A stretch of 64,000 bases of DNA from assembly GCF_006345805.1 (NCBI RefSeq), contig NC_043025.1:14136001-14200000 (forward strand), in the 5' to 3' direction. Position 1 is the first letter of the stretch. Every line of letters begins with the position of its first letter. The notes beneath the pieces are model-generated. The model made no database searches and was not told the origin of the DNA. It saw nothing but the letters and a program-made list of their open reading frames with translations. Of the stretch, positions 36,054 through 48,822 are shown piece after piece. The position numbers and the translations under genes are program-made. The stretch comes from Octopus sinensis (lineage: Eukaryota).

Positions 36054-36911
36054 TGCTCTCACACACATACAACCTCACACATGCAGAGACACACAAGCTC
36101 ACACATACACACACAAGCTCTCTCTCACACACACATACAGAAACTCACACGTGCATGCATGCACATACACTAAAGATATACGAAAGCTTACACATGCACA
36201 ATCCCTCCTTCTCACGTACATACACACACACACTAAGCAGAGACCAGAGCTGACGCATGCACACACAAACCCCACTTCACATACACACATGATACATACA
36301 TAGATCTATAGCTAAGTGTAAATCAAGTCTCACCATGCACACTTCTAACTACTGAGGAGGCTACAAGAAAGGCAAAAAGCCTTAGAGAAGGGTTAAGGAT
36401 GGAAGGAAGATGATGGAGGGGAGGGAAAGGGAGCTAAAGATGAGAAATTCATCCTCATCCCTATTGTATTTCAGTGTGTGTGTGTGTGTGTGTGTGTGAA
36501 TTGTGACTCAGGGTTTCTCCTTGAATATAACTCTCCTGCAAACAACAACAACAAAAATTGTTGCCTGAAGGACTGAGTCATGCAAATTACTCCGAGTAGA
36601 CCCAAAAATACTCTACAATATATATTGAGCACTCTGTTCTTGCTTGCTAAACCCCCAAAATATTTTCTACATAACCACATATATAATATATATATATTAT
36701 ACTCTCACTTATCATCATTGTTTAACTTCCGCTTTCCATGCTAGCATGGGTTGGACGATTTTGACCAAGGGCTGGCGAGCCAGATGGCTGCACCAGGCTC
36801 CAATCTGATCTGGCAGAGTTTCATCAGCTGGATGCCCTTCCTAACGCCAACCACTCCGAGAGTGTAGTGGGTGCTTTTTATATAATAATACATAATATAT
36901 ACTATATATAT

Positions 36912-37130
36912 CAGAGGGGGTGCTGAAAAGTTCCTGGCTTTGGGTAAAAGAAAATAGAGGAGGATCAGTTAATTATGATTTTACTCAACATATTCCCCTC
37001 TCAGATTCACACACTTATTGCAGCGGTCGTTCAGTTTTTCTAAGCCCTTTAAAAGAACTTGGAAGGTTGGGCCCTCCAGCCAATCCTTTCGTGATACCCT
37101 TAAAGCCAGGAACTTTTCAACCCCGCCCCA
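36912..37130 (-). mobile_element. Mariner deletion derivative (MITE) retaining the transposase C-terminus; a truncated inverted copy lies at about 226-352
   Basis: TIRs GGGGTGCTGAAAAGTTCCTGGCTTT / AAAGCCAGGAACTTTTCAACCCC with TA-rich flanks; the internal sequence encodes ...KLNDRCNKCVNLRGEYVE*. Confidence 0.7.
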
Positions 37131-37404
37131 TATATATAATACATAGATTATGTACAAATATACAATCTATGTATATAGATCTATATAGTTTATACATATA
37201 TACATAGGTTTGTGTGTATGTATATATATATATATATATATATAAAATAATTAACATAATAAATGAGTTGTAGGAAACAATCCTAATGTTTTAAGTTTCA
37301 AATTTAGTTAATGGAGTTTTTTCTATAAGAAAAATTATTATTTTATTTATTTTTTAAATAAATATTATTTAACTCTATTTGCTTATTTATTTCACTATTA
37401 TCAT

Positions 37405-37506
37405 TAACCTGAAGATTGACTATGATTCTAAATCGAATTTACTTCAATTGAATTTAAACTTAGTTGTAATTCGAATTTAATTGTAGCCATGAAACGTACG
37501 TAGTTA
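37405..37506 (+). ncRNA. Type I hammerhead motif, family 4
   Basis: UAAC CUGAAGA UUGACUA...UAGCCAU GAAA CGUACG UA GUUA; palindromic helix III ACGUACGU, GUA triplet, 4-bp helix I. Confidence 0.6.
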
Positions 37507-37718
37507 TATTTACTTATTATATATCGATCATTCATTTTTATACTTTCTGAAATCTAGTTATGTTTTATAAAAATATATATTATTTGTTTTTTATGCTTTT
37601 GGTTTATGTCTATCACTGTTTGAGTTGCATAATAGTCGTTTTATCTCTAATTTATATTTCATATATATAATATATATATAAATATATGTAGGTACATATA
37701 TGTATATATATAAACTAC

Positions 37719-37754
<36 letters not shown>

Positions 37755-38299
37755 ATATATATACACATGTGAGTTTGTGAGTGTATGTTTATATATACAT
37801 ATACATGAAGAGCATGTGTATGTTTATGAATAAATTATATAGGTTTACAACCTCAGGTGTGTTTGTGTGTATATATATATACATATGGGTAAAAATGTAT
37901 GCACAAATGTAAACGTACTTATGGTGTGCGTAAGTCTGTATGACGATGTATATGTGTGTGCATGTGCGTGTATACATGAATGTATGTATATATTTATGCC
38001 TGTGTGGTGTATGTGTGTACGGGTGTACGCAGATACATGTGCAGGAACGTGCGCAATGAAAGAAAAACAGTCAACATCAAAAGCCACATACGATGCACCA
38101 CAGAGACTGCACGACGGAATGCATGATCGAGCGCAAAAAGGTTTCTCGTTTGTGTTTGTATATATATATTGTTATTCAGAGGTGGTGGTCACGGAAGGAA
38201 AAAAAAGACGGACAGCATACACGCGCGTATATCACACACAGACATCCGAAATGGCGACCAGGCGCTACTGGCAAAACGTGAGGAAGACAGACAGGTGCA

Positions 38300-39260
38300 A
38301 AGGTGGCAGTGGTGGTGGTGGTGGTGTGCGTAGGAGGGAGTGAGGAAGTCAGTGGTGGTGATGGTGGCGATGATGATGATGATGATGTTGGTAGTGCTGG
38401 TGATGTTGGTGGTGACAATAGTAGTGGTGGTAGTTGTAGACATAGTAGTGGTAGATGTAATGGCAGTGGTTGTAGTTGTGGTAGTGGTTGCTGTAGTGGG
38501 TGGTTGTTATGGCAGTGGATGGTGGTTGTAGTGATGGTGGAGGTTGTAGTGATGGTTGCAGTAGTGGTGGTGGTTGTAGTGTTGGTGGATGTGATGGTGA
38601 TGATGATGATGATGATGGTGGTAGTGCTGATGATGTTGGTGGTGGCAATAGTAGTGGTGGTAGTTGTAGACATAGTGGTAGTAGATGTAATGGCAGTGGT
38701 TGTAGTTGTGGTGGTGGTAGTGGTTGCGGTAGTGGGTGGTTGTTGTGGTAGTGGGTGGTGGTTGTAGTGTTGGTGGTAGTGCTGTGATGATGGTGGTGGC
38801 AATAGTCGTGGTGGTAGATGTAATGGCAGTGGTTGTAGTTGTGGTGGTGGTAGTGGGTGGTGGTTGTAGTGTTGGTGGATGTGATGGTGATGTTTGTGCT
38901 GATGATGGTGATGGTGGTGGAGGAGGTGGAGGGGGTGATGATGATGATGATGATGGCGGTGAAGACGGTGGCAATAGAACAAGTAGGTGATGGAGATGGT
39001 GATGATGGGGGCAGTGGAGTCTGGGGTGGGGTGGGGCTGGAGGTGAGGGCAACAGTAACCATGGTGATAAGAGTGGCAGAGGGGACGGTCAGGGAGGTTG
39101 ATGGGGGACACAGGGACACAGTGACGGTGGTGCAAGAGGAGGAGGTGGTGGTGACGATGGTGGGGGGTGAGTGTAGTAAATGAAATGCTGGTGACGGTGG
39201 AGGTGGTGGTGGTGGTGGTGGTAGTGCTGGTGGCGATGGAGAAAAAGAGGCACGTGGGTG
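38300..39260. repeat. Compound (GGT/GTA/GAT)n trinucleotide tract with an internal duplication (similar tracts at 14706-15185 and 42960-43150)
   Basis: Low-complexity sequence; source of the long H/T/P- and V/G-rich pseudo-ORFs. Confidence 0.9.
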
Positions 39261-39467
39261 GTGGTGGAAGTGACGGGTGGTGGAATGGAAGTGTTAAATG
39301 ACACCAAATTCTCAACTACTTTCACAGACATTAACAAGAACAACAACAACAAGATGTCAGGAAAAGTAAAAAAAAAAAAAGAAAAAGTAAAGAAAAGAGA
39401 TGAAGAAATGGTAACAAGAAATGGTGGCGCCGGTCACAGAGCAGAACTGGACCCGGGGCTCACTTAC

Positions 39468-39535
39468 CAGCTTATCTTTGTCGTCGGACAGCTGCTCGGC
39501 TCTCTCCCTGCTGCTCTCCAACTGTCTGGCTATAT
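39468..39535 (-). CDS. CLIP1: CLIP1-like exon (DIARQLESSRERAEQLSDDKDKL)
   Basis: Acceptor ttttcctgtttttag, donor CTG|gtaagt, 68 nt, phase 1-0; resembles human EREEQLIKAKEKL. Confidence 0.9.
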
Positions 39536-39717
39536 CTAAAAACAGGAAAACACCAGAGGTCAGTGAGGTAGATGGTCGTGGTGGTCATGGTGATGTGGGG
39601 GTCCATGGGGCCCCTCTTGGAACCCCACCGACAAATCAGTAACGACTCGCTTGTTTGACCATCACAAGGTCTTCGGTCCCTGCTGTGGTTTGGTAGGGGT
39701 AGTTTGTGTGCCTCAGT

Positions 39718-40270
39718 GACCCCCTAAGAGCTATGCCACTGGTGTACAAGCTTTTGGTAGGGTGTTCCATTCTGGACAGGCCTAAGAACAGAGGTCAGGC
39801 TAATACAGACCATGTCTCCCCAGGGACAAAAAAAAGGGTTGGTCCAGTCCCTGTTGCAGAAGGGTAGCTTGTGTGTCTTGATGACCCCTTGAAAGCTATG
39901 CCACTGCTGCACAAGCTTTCGGTAAGGTGTTCCATTCTGGACAGGCCTAAGAACAGAGGTCAGGCTAATACAGACCATGTCTCCCCAGGGACAAAAAATG
40001 GGTTGGTCCAGTCCCGGTTGCAGAAGGGTAGCTTGTGTGTCTTGATGACCCCTTGAAAGCTATGCCACTGCTGCACAAGCTTTTGGTAGGGTGGTCCATT
40101 CTGGACAGGCCTAAGAACAGAGGTCAGGCTAATACAGACCATGTCTCCCCAGGGACAAAAAATGGGTTGGTCCAGTCCCGGTTGCAGAAGGGTAGCTTGT
40201 GTGTCTTGATGACCCCTTGAAAGCTATGCCACTGCTGCACAAGATTTTGGTAGGGTGTTCCATTCTGGAC
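39718..40270. repeat. About 164-bp tandem repeat, about 3.3 copies, filling most of a 919-bp intron
   Basis: GACCCCTTGAAAGCTATGCCACTG...GTAGCTTGTGTGTCTTGAT unit recurs. Confidence 0.9.
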
Positions 40271-40454
40271 AGATCAAAAGAAAAGGGTCACAACAAATTG
40301 AACGACCTCCCTCAAGAGTTAAAAATGGAATGGTCCAATCCTTGTTGCAATGTGATGGAGCGCATGCCTCGATGACCCCAAAGAGTTATACCAGGACATA
40401 TTGAATAATGGTATATAATGGTATGAATAAATGCAAGAATGAAGGACTTCTTAC

Positions 40455-40538
40455 CAGACACAGAACCACGGAGAATCTTCATCTCAGAGTTTATAGATTC
40501 ACTTGCGGTTGTGCTTTTATCCAGTTTACTTGTCAACT
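40455..40538 (-). CDS. CLIP1: CLIP1-like exon (ELTSKLDKSTTASESINSEMKILRGSVS)
   Basis: Acceptor tttgtttatttcag, donor G|gtaaga, 84 nt, phase 1-1, matches both neighbours. Confidence 0.88.
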
Positions 40539-40608
40539 CTGAAATAAACAAACAAACAAACACGTGTGAGTGTGTCGTGTGTGTATGTGTGTGTGTGTGT
40601 GTGTGTGA

Positions 40609-40639
<31 letters not shown>

Positions 40640-42004
40640 GGCGGCGAGCTGGTAGAAACGTTAGCACGCCGGTGAAATTCGTCTGTCGTTACGTTCCGAG
40701 TTCAAATTCCGCCGAGGTCGACTTTGCCTTTCATCCTTTCGGGGTCGATAAATTAAGTACCAGTTACACACTGGAGTCGATGTAGTCGACTTAATCCCTT
40801 TGTCTGTCTTTGTTTGTCCCCTCTATGTTTAGCCCCTTGTGGGTAGTAAAGAAATAAATATATATCATCATCATCATCGTTTAACGTTCGCTTTCCATGC
40901 TAGCATGGGTTGGACGGTTCAACTGGGGTCTGGCAAGCCCAAAGGCTGCACCAGTCCAGTCAGATCTGGCAGTGTTTCTACAGCTGGATGCCCTTCCTAA
41001 CGCCAACCACTCCGAGAGTGTAGTGAGTGATTTTATGTGCCACCGACACAGGTGCCAGACGAGGCTATATATATATTATATATATATATATAAAACGCAG
41101 GATAATGCTAATAGTATGGCCTGAACAGGATAAGCTACTCCATTTCGTAGAAAAAAGTGTTGGCCTTTTGATACCAAACTGGTTGAAACCACTTCTGGCT
41201 CTTTAGTACAAATGTCTTGTTTTCATAAGTTCTGAATTAAAATCTTTCACCAAACCTTAGTCACAATTTATGTTCCTAACACTAGCTGAATGGTAACTAA
41301 GTTATTTTACTAAATTCTTTGTTATATTTAAAGTAATTGAAAGAAACACAGAGCATCTCAAAATAAATACAGTAACGAAAGGGTTAAATAATATGAGTGC
41401 TAAATATTGTTTTCAAATTTCAGCACAAGGCCAGTGAGTTTGGGGCATGGGGAAAGTCAATTATATTGACCCCAGTATGCAACCGGTACTTACTTTATTG
41501 ATTCTGAAATGTTGACAGGCAAAGTTGATCTCAGCAGGATTTGAACTCAGAACATAAAGACAGATGAAATATTTCTAAGCATCTTGCTTGGCGTGCTAAC
41601 GATTCTGCCAACGTGCCGCCTTATGAGTGCTAATTATTACAGACTAATTAGGAAATATTGTAAAAATGCAAAAGAAGACTACATATCCGTGTAATTAAAC
41701 AGCATGCAGTGTAACCGCACGAAACACACGGCGTCACCCGTTAAGCTACAATAACGGACCTTGGGGAGATTAAAGCGTTAAGGACCAGCTGATCGTGCCA
41801 CAGTGGGAGAGACCCTAAGGCTGAGGCTTAACACAAATGGCCCCTTTTGTCTACCAAATCTCACTCACAAGGATATGATCGACCAGAAGATGTAGAAGAC
41901 ACCGGCCCAAGATGCTGCCTTATAGTAGGTTTCAAACTAAGACCATGGAGTTTGTAGCACACAGTCATATGTATAGTTGCTCTTGATATGGAATTGGTAC
42001 GTAC

Positions 42005-42062
42005 CATTGATTGTTTCTTGCATTTTTTGTTTCTTTGCTTCACTCTCCTTTAATTCTTCAAG
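42005..42062 (-). CDS. CLIP1: CLIP1-like exon (LEELKESEAKKQKMQETIN)
   Basis: Acceptor ttctctttcgtttcctcag, donor G|gtacgt, 58 nt, phase 0-1; MQETINEL resembles human MQETVNKL. Confidence 0.85.
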
Positions 42063-42089
42063 CTGAGGAAACGAAAGAGAAGAGAACCG

Positions 42090-42850
42090 TCATGAATAAC
42101 AGAAATAAAGCACAATTGTGAAGGAGTCATAAATAGAAGTTGTAAACGACGGTCATAAACTGTGGACGTAAACAGTAATCATGTCTGATGGCCATGGACA
42201 GCAGTCATAAATGGAAGTCGTAAATATGGTCATAAACAGCAGGCATAAACGACAGTCATATACAGAAGTCATACATACCAGTCACAAGGATGTAAACTGC
42301 AATATTGATGCAGAACAACACTGACAATGACAATCACAGTGGCTGTCACTTCGGCATTTAGAACAACACTATCATTAACACACACAGAACAATGGAGAAG
42401 ATGACAGACATGATGGACAAGATGACGGGCATGATGGACAAGATGACGAGCATGATGGACAAGATGACGAGCACAACAATTGACAAGATGACAGGCATGA
42501 CGGACAAGATGACAAACATGACTGACAAGACGACAGACATGACAGACAAGACGACAAACACGACGGACAAGACGACAGACATGACAGACAAAACGACAGG
42601 TATGACGAACAAGATGACAGGCATGACAATGGATGACGGACACAATGGACAAACACGATAGACAAAATGATAGGCATGATGAACAAGATGATGTATGACG
42701 CACACAACAATGGACGACGAACATGATGACGGGCACAACAATAGGCATGTCAACATCCACAGTGAGAGACACAACAACGACAGGCAGAAACGGCAGTCAT
42801 AATAGCTAGTCATAAGTCACAACAACAGTCATAAATGAGGCATAAGTGAC
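42090..42850. repeat. Degenerate short-period repeats including a 21-bp (atgatggacaagatgacgggc-like) array at 42400-42740
   Basis: Explains the MDKMTG heptad pseudo-ORF. Confidence 0.8.
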
Positions 42851-45800
42851 TGTCATAACTGGTTTAGGACCAAAGTACCAATGAGTGTGGGGATGGTGGT
42901 GGTAGCGGCTGTTGTAATCTCAACAAACAACAACAACAAAACCCTTGATACTCTGATCATATACATCGTCATTACCACCACCACCACCACTACTACCACC
43001 GCTGCCGCCACCACCACTACTACTACTGCTACTACTACCACCACCACCACCGCTGCCGCCACCACCACCACTACTACCACCACCACCGCTGCCACCACCA
43101 CCACTACTGCTACTACTACTACCACCACCACCACCACCACCACCACAACTATCAAGTCTACTAGAAAGAAGAGACCTGTATTTGGATTCTCAGCATGCTA
43201 AAAACAGCAGTCATGTTACTCAAATCACCCATTACCATTGAATAAAGGTTTTTTTTTATGGCAAACATTTTCTCTATATTGCATCTGATTAGCAGACGGG
43301 ATGGTCATGGTAGGAATAATTTTTTTGTAACATGTGTCTGTTGAAACAGGAACTGACCTTCAGCTGCACCATCCTTAGGATTTGAAAGAGATTTAACTGT
43401 TGTTTCTAGCAGGCAATGGGGGCCATGTACAGGGCCTGCCTCTTGTTTGTCACACCTGTGTGAAACAATTGTGACGGTTACGCCCCCTGTTGACATTACG
43501 ACCAACAGCTCTGTGCTTTCAAAGACCACCTGAGTAAAAAGTCCCTTGGTCAGAACACATGGAAAGATTGATGACAGTGAAAGCATCCACGCAGGATGCT
43601 GGGATATCAATCATGTGATAACATCCTTGTGGAAAACAACAGTGTGTGACATCAGTGTTATGTTTGTGGAAAAACTGTGTGATATCCATGTAATAACAGG
43701 CTTGCGGAATAACAGTGATATCCATGGAATGACACACATGTGAAACAAGAGTGTGATATCAATATAATAACATTCTAACGGAAAAGTAGTGTTGATATCC
43801 ATGTAATAACATTTGAGAAATAACTGTGTGATATCTATGTAATAACATGCTAGTGAAACCACAGAGTGTGATACTATTTTTTCTACACTAGGCACAAGGC
43901 CTGAAACTTTTGGGGAGAGGGCTAGTTGATTACATTGACCCAAGTACGCAACTGGTACTTAATTTATCGACCACGAAAGGATGAAAGGCAAAGTCGACCT
44001 TGGTGGAATTTGAACTCAGTACGTAAAGACAGACGAAATACCTCTAAGCATTTCGCCCAGGTTGCTAGCGTTTCTGCCAGCTTGTCACTTTACAGAGTGT
44101 GATACTATTAAAAATACAGAGTGTGATATCAGTGTAAAGTAACTCCGTATCGGTGCAAATCAATGAGACATAACTGTCACACATGGGATAATTAAAACAA
44201 ACACATGGACGTGGGATAACATTTTATAAGCATTTGACAAATAAAAACATTTATAACAGTAATAAATACAGGAGTGTTAGTATTTTGCTTTTAGTCGCAT
44301 TGTTAAAGGAAAAAGGTATCAGGGGATGCTATGGGGCCGAATGAGCAACAAAATAAGCAAGTGCGACCAAACACAAAGCAGTTAATTGTTTTTAAGAGGT
44401 TAAAATTAAGGACCATTTTAGTAAAACAAAAAAAAATAAAATGTGAGCTCAATTTTTATTAAGTAAAACAAACCCTGCAACAGGACATGCATAAAATAAA
44501 AAGCTTTATTGCTTACGGTATGAAAATTCAGAAACTTTGAGTGAACGTGAAATAATTGGTATTTTTTTTTAAAGGTTGAACTTGATGTAGATAAAACTAT
44601 AAGCAATAGTGTATAGATATTGGTTTCAAATTTTGGCACAAAGCCAGCAATTTGGGGAGGGGGCCAATTACATTGGTCTTAGTATTTGACTGGTACTTAT
44701 TTTATGGACACTCATGATTATTTCTTTATTAGCCAAAAGGGCTTCATTGCCTTAATAATTATTTCTACTATAGGCACAAGGCCTGAAATTTAGGGGAAGG
44801 GTCAAGCCAATTACATCAACCCCAGCGTTTCACTAGTACTTAATTTATTGACTCCGAAAAGAAGAAAGGCAAAGTGGACCTCAGCAGGATTTGAACTCAG
44901 AATGTAGACATAATTAGGCATAATAGTGGCTGTGTGGTAAGTAGCTTGCTTACAAACCACATGGTTCCAGGTTCAGTCCTGTTGCGTGGCACCTTGGGCA
45001 AGTGTCTTCTACTATAGCCTCAGGCCAACCAAAGCCTTGTCAGTGGATTTGGTAGACGGAAACTGAAAGAAACCCGTCGTATATATGTATATATATATGT
45101 GTGTGTGTGTATGTTTGTCTCCCCAACATCGCTTGACAACCGATGCTGGTGTGTTTACGTCCCCGTAACTTAGTGGTTCGGCAAAGAGACTGATAGAATA
45201 ACTACTAGGCTTTACAAAGAGTAAGTCCTGGGGTCGATTTGCTCGACTAAAGGCGGTGCTCCAGTATGGCCAGTCATATGACTGAAACAAGTAAAAGAGT
45301 AAAGAGATCTTAGAAAGTGCAAAATAACCAGTCACCAAAGTAACAGGTACACCACATTGCATAAAAAGTGACCCTACCCCCCATGTAACATTTGTAACCT
45401 TATAATACATCTGCACATGTGTGTGTGTGTGTGTGTGTGGTTCAATCCTCTATATTACTCCCCCTATTCCCAGCATCCCAATGTCCCTCAAGGGCATGTC
45501 CCAACATATCTTCACCCTCATCTCACTCACTATTGCTCTTCTTCTCTGACTCTCTAATTCAGCGCAATGGCCCAGTGGTTAGGGCAGCAGACTAGCGGTC
45601 TTAGGATCGTGGTTTCGATTCCCAGACCGGGTGTTGTGAGTGTTTATTGAGCAAAAACACCTTAAGCTCCACGAGACTCTGGCAGGGGATGGTGGTGACC
45701 CCTGCTGTACTCTTTCACCACAACTTCTTCTTACTCTTTCTTCCTATTTCTATTGTACCTGTAATTCAAAGGGCCAGCCTTGTCACAGTCTGTGTCAAGC

Positions 45801-47389
45801 TGAATCTCCCTGAGAACTATGTTAAGGTTATGTGTGTCTGTGGAGTACTCAGCCACTTGCACGTTATTTTCACGAGCAGGCTGTTCCGTTGATCGGATCA
45901 ACTGAAACCCTTGTCGTCGAAACCGACAGAGTGCCAGTCACTCCCTAATTCACTTCCCTTTCCTTTCTAACTGGGGTATCCCTCTATCTACTGCAAGACA
46001 CCTGTCTCTGCCACCCGCCACATCTTTAATCTCTCAACTGGCACAAAGCCACCCCACCTCAATACTACTTTCCTCTCACCTCTCAGATGAGGCTTTTGCC
46101 CTTTTTTTTTTTTGGTCTTACCAGGTACTTGGTGACCCTGTCAGTGCTGGTGCCACATAAAAAGCACCCAACATACTTTGTAAAATGGTTGGTATTAAGG
46201 GCATCCAGCCGTAAAGATCATGCCAGAACAAACCTTGCCAGTGCGGGGCTGCTTGAAAAGCCCCCAGCCCACCCTGTAAAGTGGTTGGCATTAAAAAGGG
46301 CATCCAGCATTAGAAATCATGCCAAAACAATGGAACCTGGAGTAACTCCCAGCCATACCATCTCCTGTCACACTGTCCAACCCATGCCAGCATGGAAAAT
46401 GGACATTAAATGATGATGATGGCTGAGACTGATATAGTCAGATAAATCAACTGAAGATGAGGTTTATTTTTTTTAAAGAAAGAAAAAGAGTAATGGTATT
46501 TCCCATGTGTTTAATGCGCACTTTTCAGATCATTGTGCAATAGATAAAAAAGGAACTTCATCTGTTACGCAAGATCTGCATCAGTTAAGACATTTAAAGA
46601 TATTTTGGTTTGTCCTAAACTGAGGAAGATACTACATAAAAGATGACATTTCTCTTTTTATCTGTTGTGCAATAATCTGAAACCTGCGTATTAAACACCA
46701 TTACTTGGTTTCACTTCATTATTGTACTTTATATGATTCTATGCTGGTACAAGCCCAACTCCAGTCACACAGATACAATAACAACGATTTGGAGTGGGTT
46801 AGTCCATTCAAGGCAAAAATTCTGGTAACATAATATATAAGTATAACACAACATATATATAAATTAGAAAAAGCACCTTTTATCAATTCAATAATGAAAA
46901 ATTAAATTACACCATCTAGAAAATTACATATAATAGAAAGATTAAATATACGATAAAAAATATAACAATGATTAAGTAATGTGTAAAATAATAAATAAAA
47001 TGTATATTTTGCACATTACTTAATCATCATTAAATTTTTATCTTATATTTAATTTTTCTATTATACGTAATTTTCTAGATGGTGTAATTAAATTTTTCAT
47101 TATTGAATTAATAAAAGGCGTTTTTTTTCTAATTTATATATATTTATATATATTATATTTTGTGAAATTTGATTTAGTATTTCTAAATTGAATTTTTCCC
47201 TGTAAGTTTGGAATAATATTCCCTCATATTATCATTATTATTATTATTACTATTATTATATAAGCTTAATATACACACATACATACATACATACATATAT
47301 ATATATAACAATTGCAGCGTGGAAGGTGTTTATAAGCCATTTAAGAAACACACAAAAGCCGTTCGATTCACTTCAACATTTAAGTTTAA

Positions 47390-47439
47390 TTTGTCAAAAT
47401 ATTTTCGTCGCTAAAATCCGCGACCTGTTCACTGACAAA
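47390..47439 (-). ncRNA. Variant G3-C8 hammerhead (left arm of palindrome, on the CLIP1 pre-mRNA strand)
   Basis: Exact reverse complement of 47462-47511. Confidence 0.65.
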
Positions 47440-47461
47440 AATCCGAGATGCAGCACGGATT

Positions 47462-47511
47462 TTTGTCAGTGAACAGGTCGCGGATTTTAGCGACGAAAAT
47501 ATTTTGACAAA
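47462..47511 (+). ncRNA. Variant type I hammerhead with G3-C8 core (right arm of palindrome)
   Basis: UUUGUCA GUGAACA G GUCGC GGAUUUUA GCGAC GAA AAUAUU U UGACAAA: 7-bp helix I, 5-bp helix II, palindromic helix III; core GUGAACA instead of CUGANGA. Confidence 0.65.
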
Positions 47512-47651
47512 TTAAACTTAAATGTTGAAGTGAATCGAACGGCTTTTGTGTGTTTCTTAAATGGCTTATAAACACCTTCCACGCTGCAATTGTTTTCGTT
47601 CCAGCACACGATCTCAGATCAAATCACTTGCTATGCAAGTACACCTCCGTA

Positions 47652-47688
<37 letters not shown>

Positions 47689-47873
47689 TGCATGTATACA
47701 TTACCATGGAAACATACATTCGCCCATTTCAATGTAAATGCTTGTGTGTGTATGTGTATAGACATGTAGCAAAATTGATGTAGAATATGTATATGTTCAC
47801 ATGTACCTATGTCTATATATGTGTGTGTGTGTCTACAAGTGTACATGTTTGAGCATGTACATATGTATATGTA

Positions 47874-47907
<34 letters not shown>

Positions 47908-48513
47908 CACACACACGTGGTTAAAATTAAAAGCGAAGACCAACTCACCAATTTATATCAGAAAAAAAAAAAATTGGTAAAAAAAGTGTTTTTTTTTTTT
48001 AAATGCCAATTTAAAGAATGGCTGAAAGCAGAGAAGAAAGCTCTTTTTATTATCATCATCAGCCTAAGAAGCAGTGGTGAAGCTTGGTGGACAGTGTCCA
48101 GAGAGGAGAAGCCAATGCAGCAGTTGTTGAGCCCCAGGTCAGCACTGACCCAGCAAAAGGTAAAAAGAAAAAAAGAAAAAAAACCCTGAACATATTTGAT
48201 TCCTAACCACATGGTTCTGGGTTCAATCCCACTGCATGGCACCTTGGGCATATTTCTTCTACTTATAGCCCTGAGCCGGTCAGTGCTTTGCAAGTGGATT
48301 GGGTAGACGGAAACTGAAAGAAGCCCATCATGTGTGTGTGTATGTGTGAGTGTCTTATGTATGAGCCAAAGAGGGAGATTTCTACATGGTAACTATATCT
48401 AAAACATATAGCAGCCAAATCTCCCTCGCATCACATCATATAGTCGTGTATATATATATATATATATATGAATAAATGAAAGAATGGAGTCGAACGAAGA
48501 TTTTAACAAAATT

Positions 48514-48608
48514 TCTTTACTCTCAACACATGTTTCGAAGACTGCATACTCTTAATTCCGAAGGAATAAAGGGTGCATTATGCCGTCTTCTCATCAGGAA
48601 AGACAAGG
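48514..48608 (-). ncRNA. Type I hammerhead motif, family 5, branched helix II
   Basis: CUUUC CUGAUGA GAAGAC...C(UUCG)G...GUCUUC GAAA CAUGUG UU GAGAG; perfect 6-bp helix II base. Confidence 0.7.
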
Positions 48609-48822
48609 AACTTCTATCAGCATCGATTAACCGAATTATCAATACTAGGATAATTCATTCACCTACTTAAATATATATATATATATATATGTATGAGCCA
48701 ATGAAGGAGACTTCTACATGGTAGCTAGATACGGTAGAAACAGCAGCCAAACGTCCCTCAAACCACATTCTACTGTCTTAAGCATACATATATGTGTAAG
48801 CTAACAATCCAAACCTGTACAT

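Larger units (their letters stand above)
47307..47594. mobile_element. Penelope-like fold-back relic: perfect 139-bp inverted repeat with 10-nt loop
   Basis: 47307-47445 is the reverse complement of 47456-47594; flanked by (TA)n; carries hammerhead motifs. Confidence 0.6.

Noticed and set aside
38176-39315. 379-aa H/T/P-rich ORF and overlapping V/G-rich ORFs
   Set aside because: They translate (GGT/GTA/GAT)n microsatellite, are open in several frames and have no splice or domain support.
42392-42661. MDKMTG heptad-repeat ORF that looks like a repeat protein
   Set aside because: It is a 21-bp minisatellite that is open on both strands, with no exon signals.
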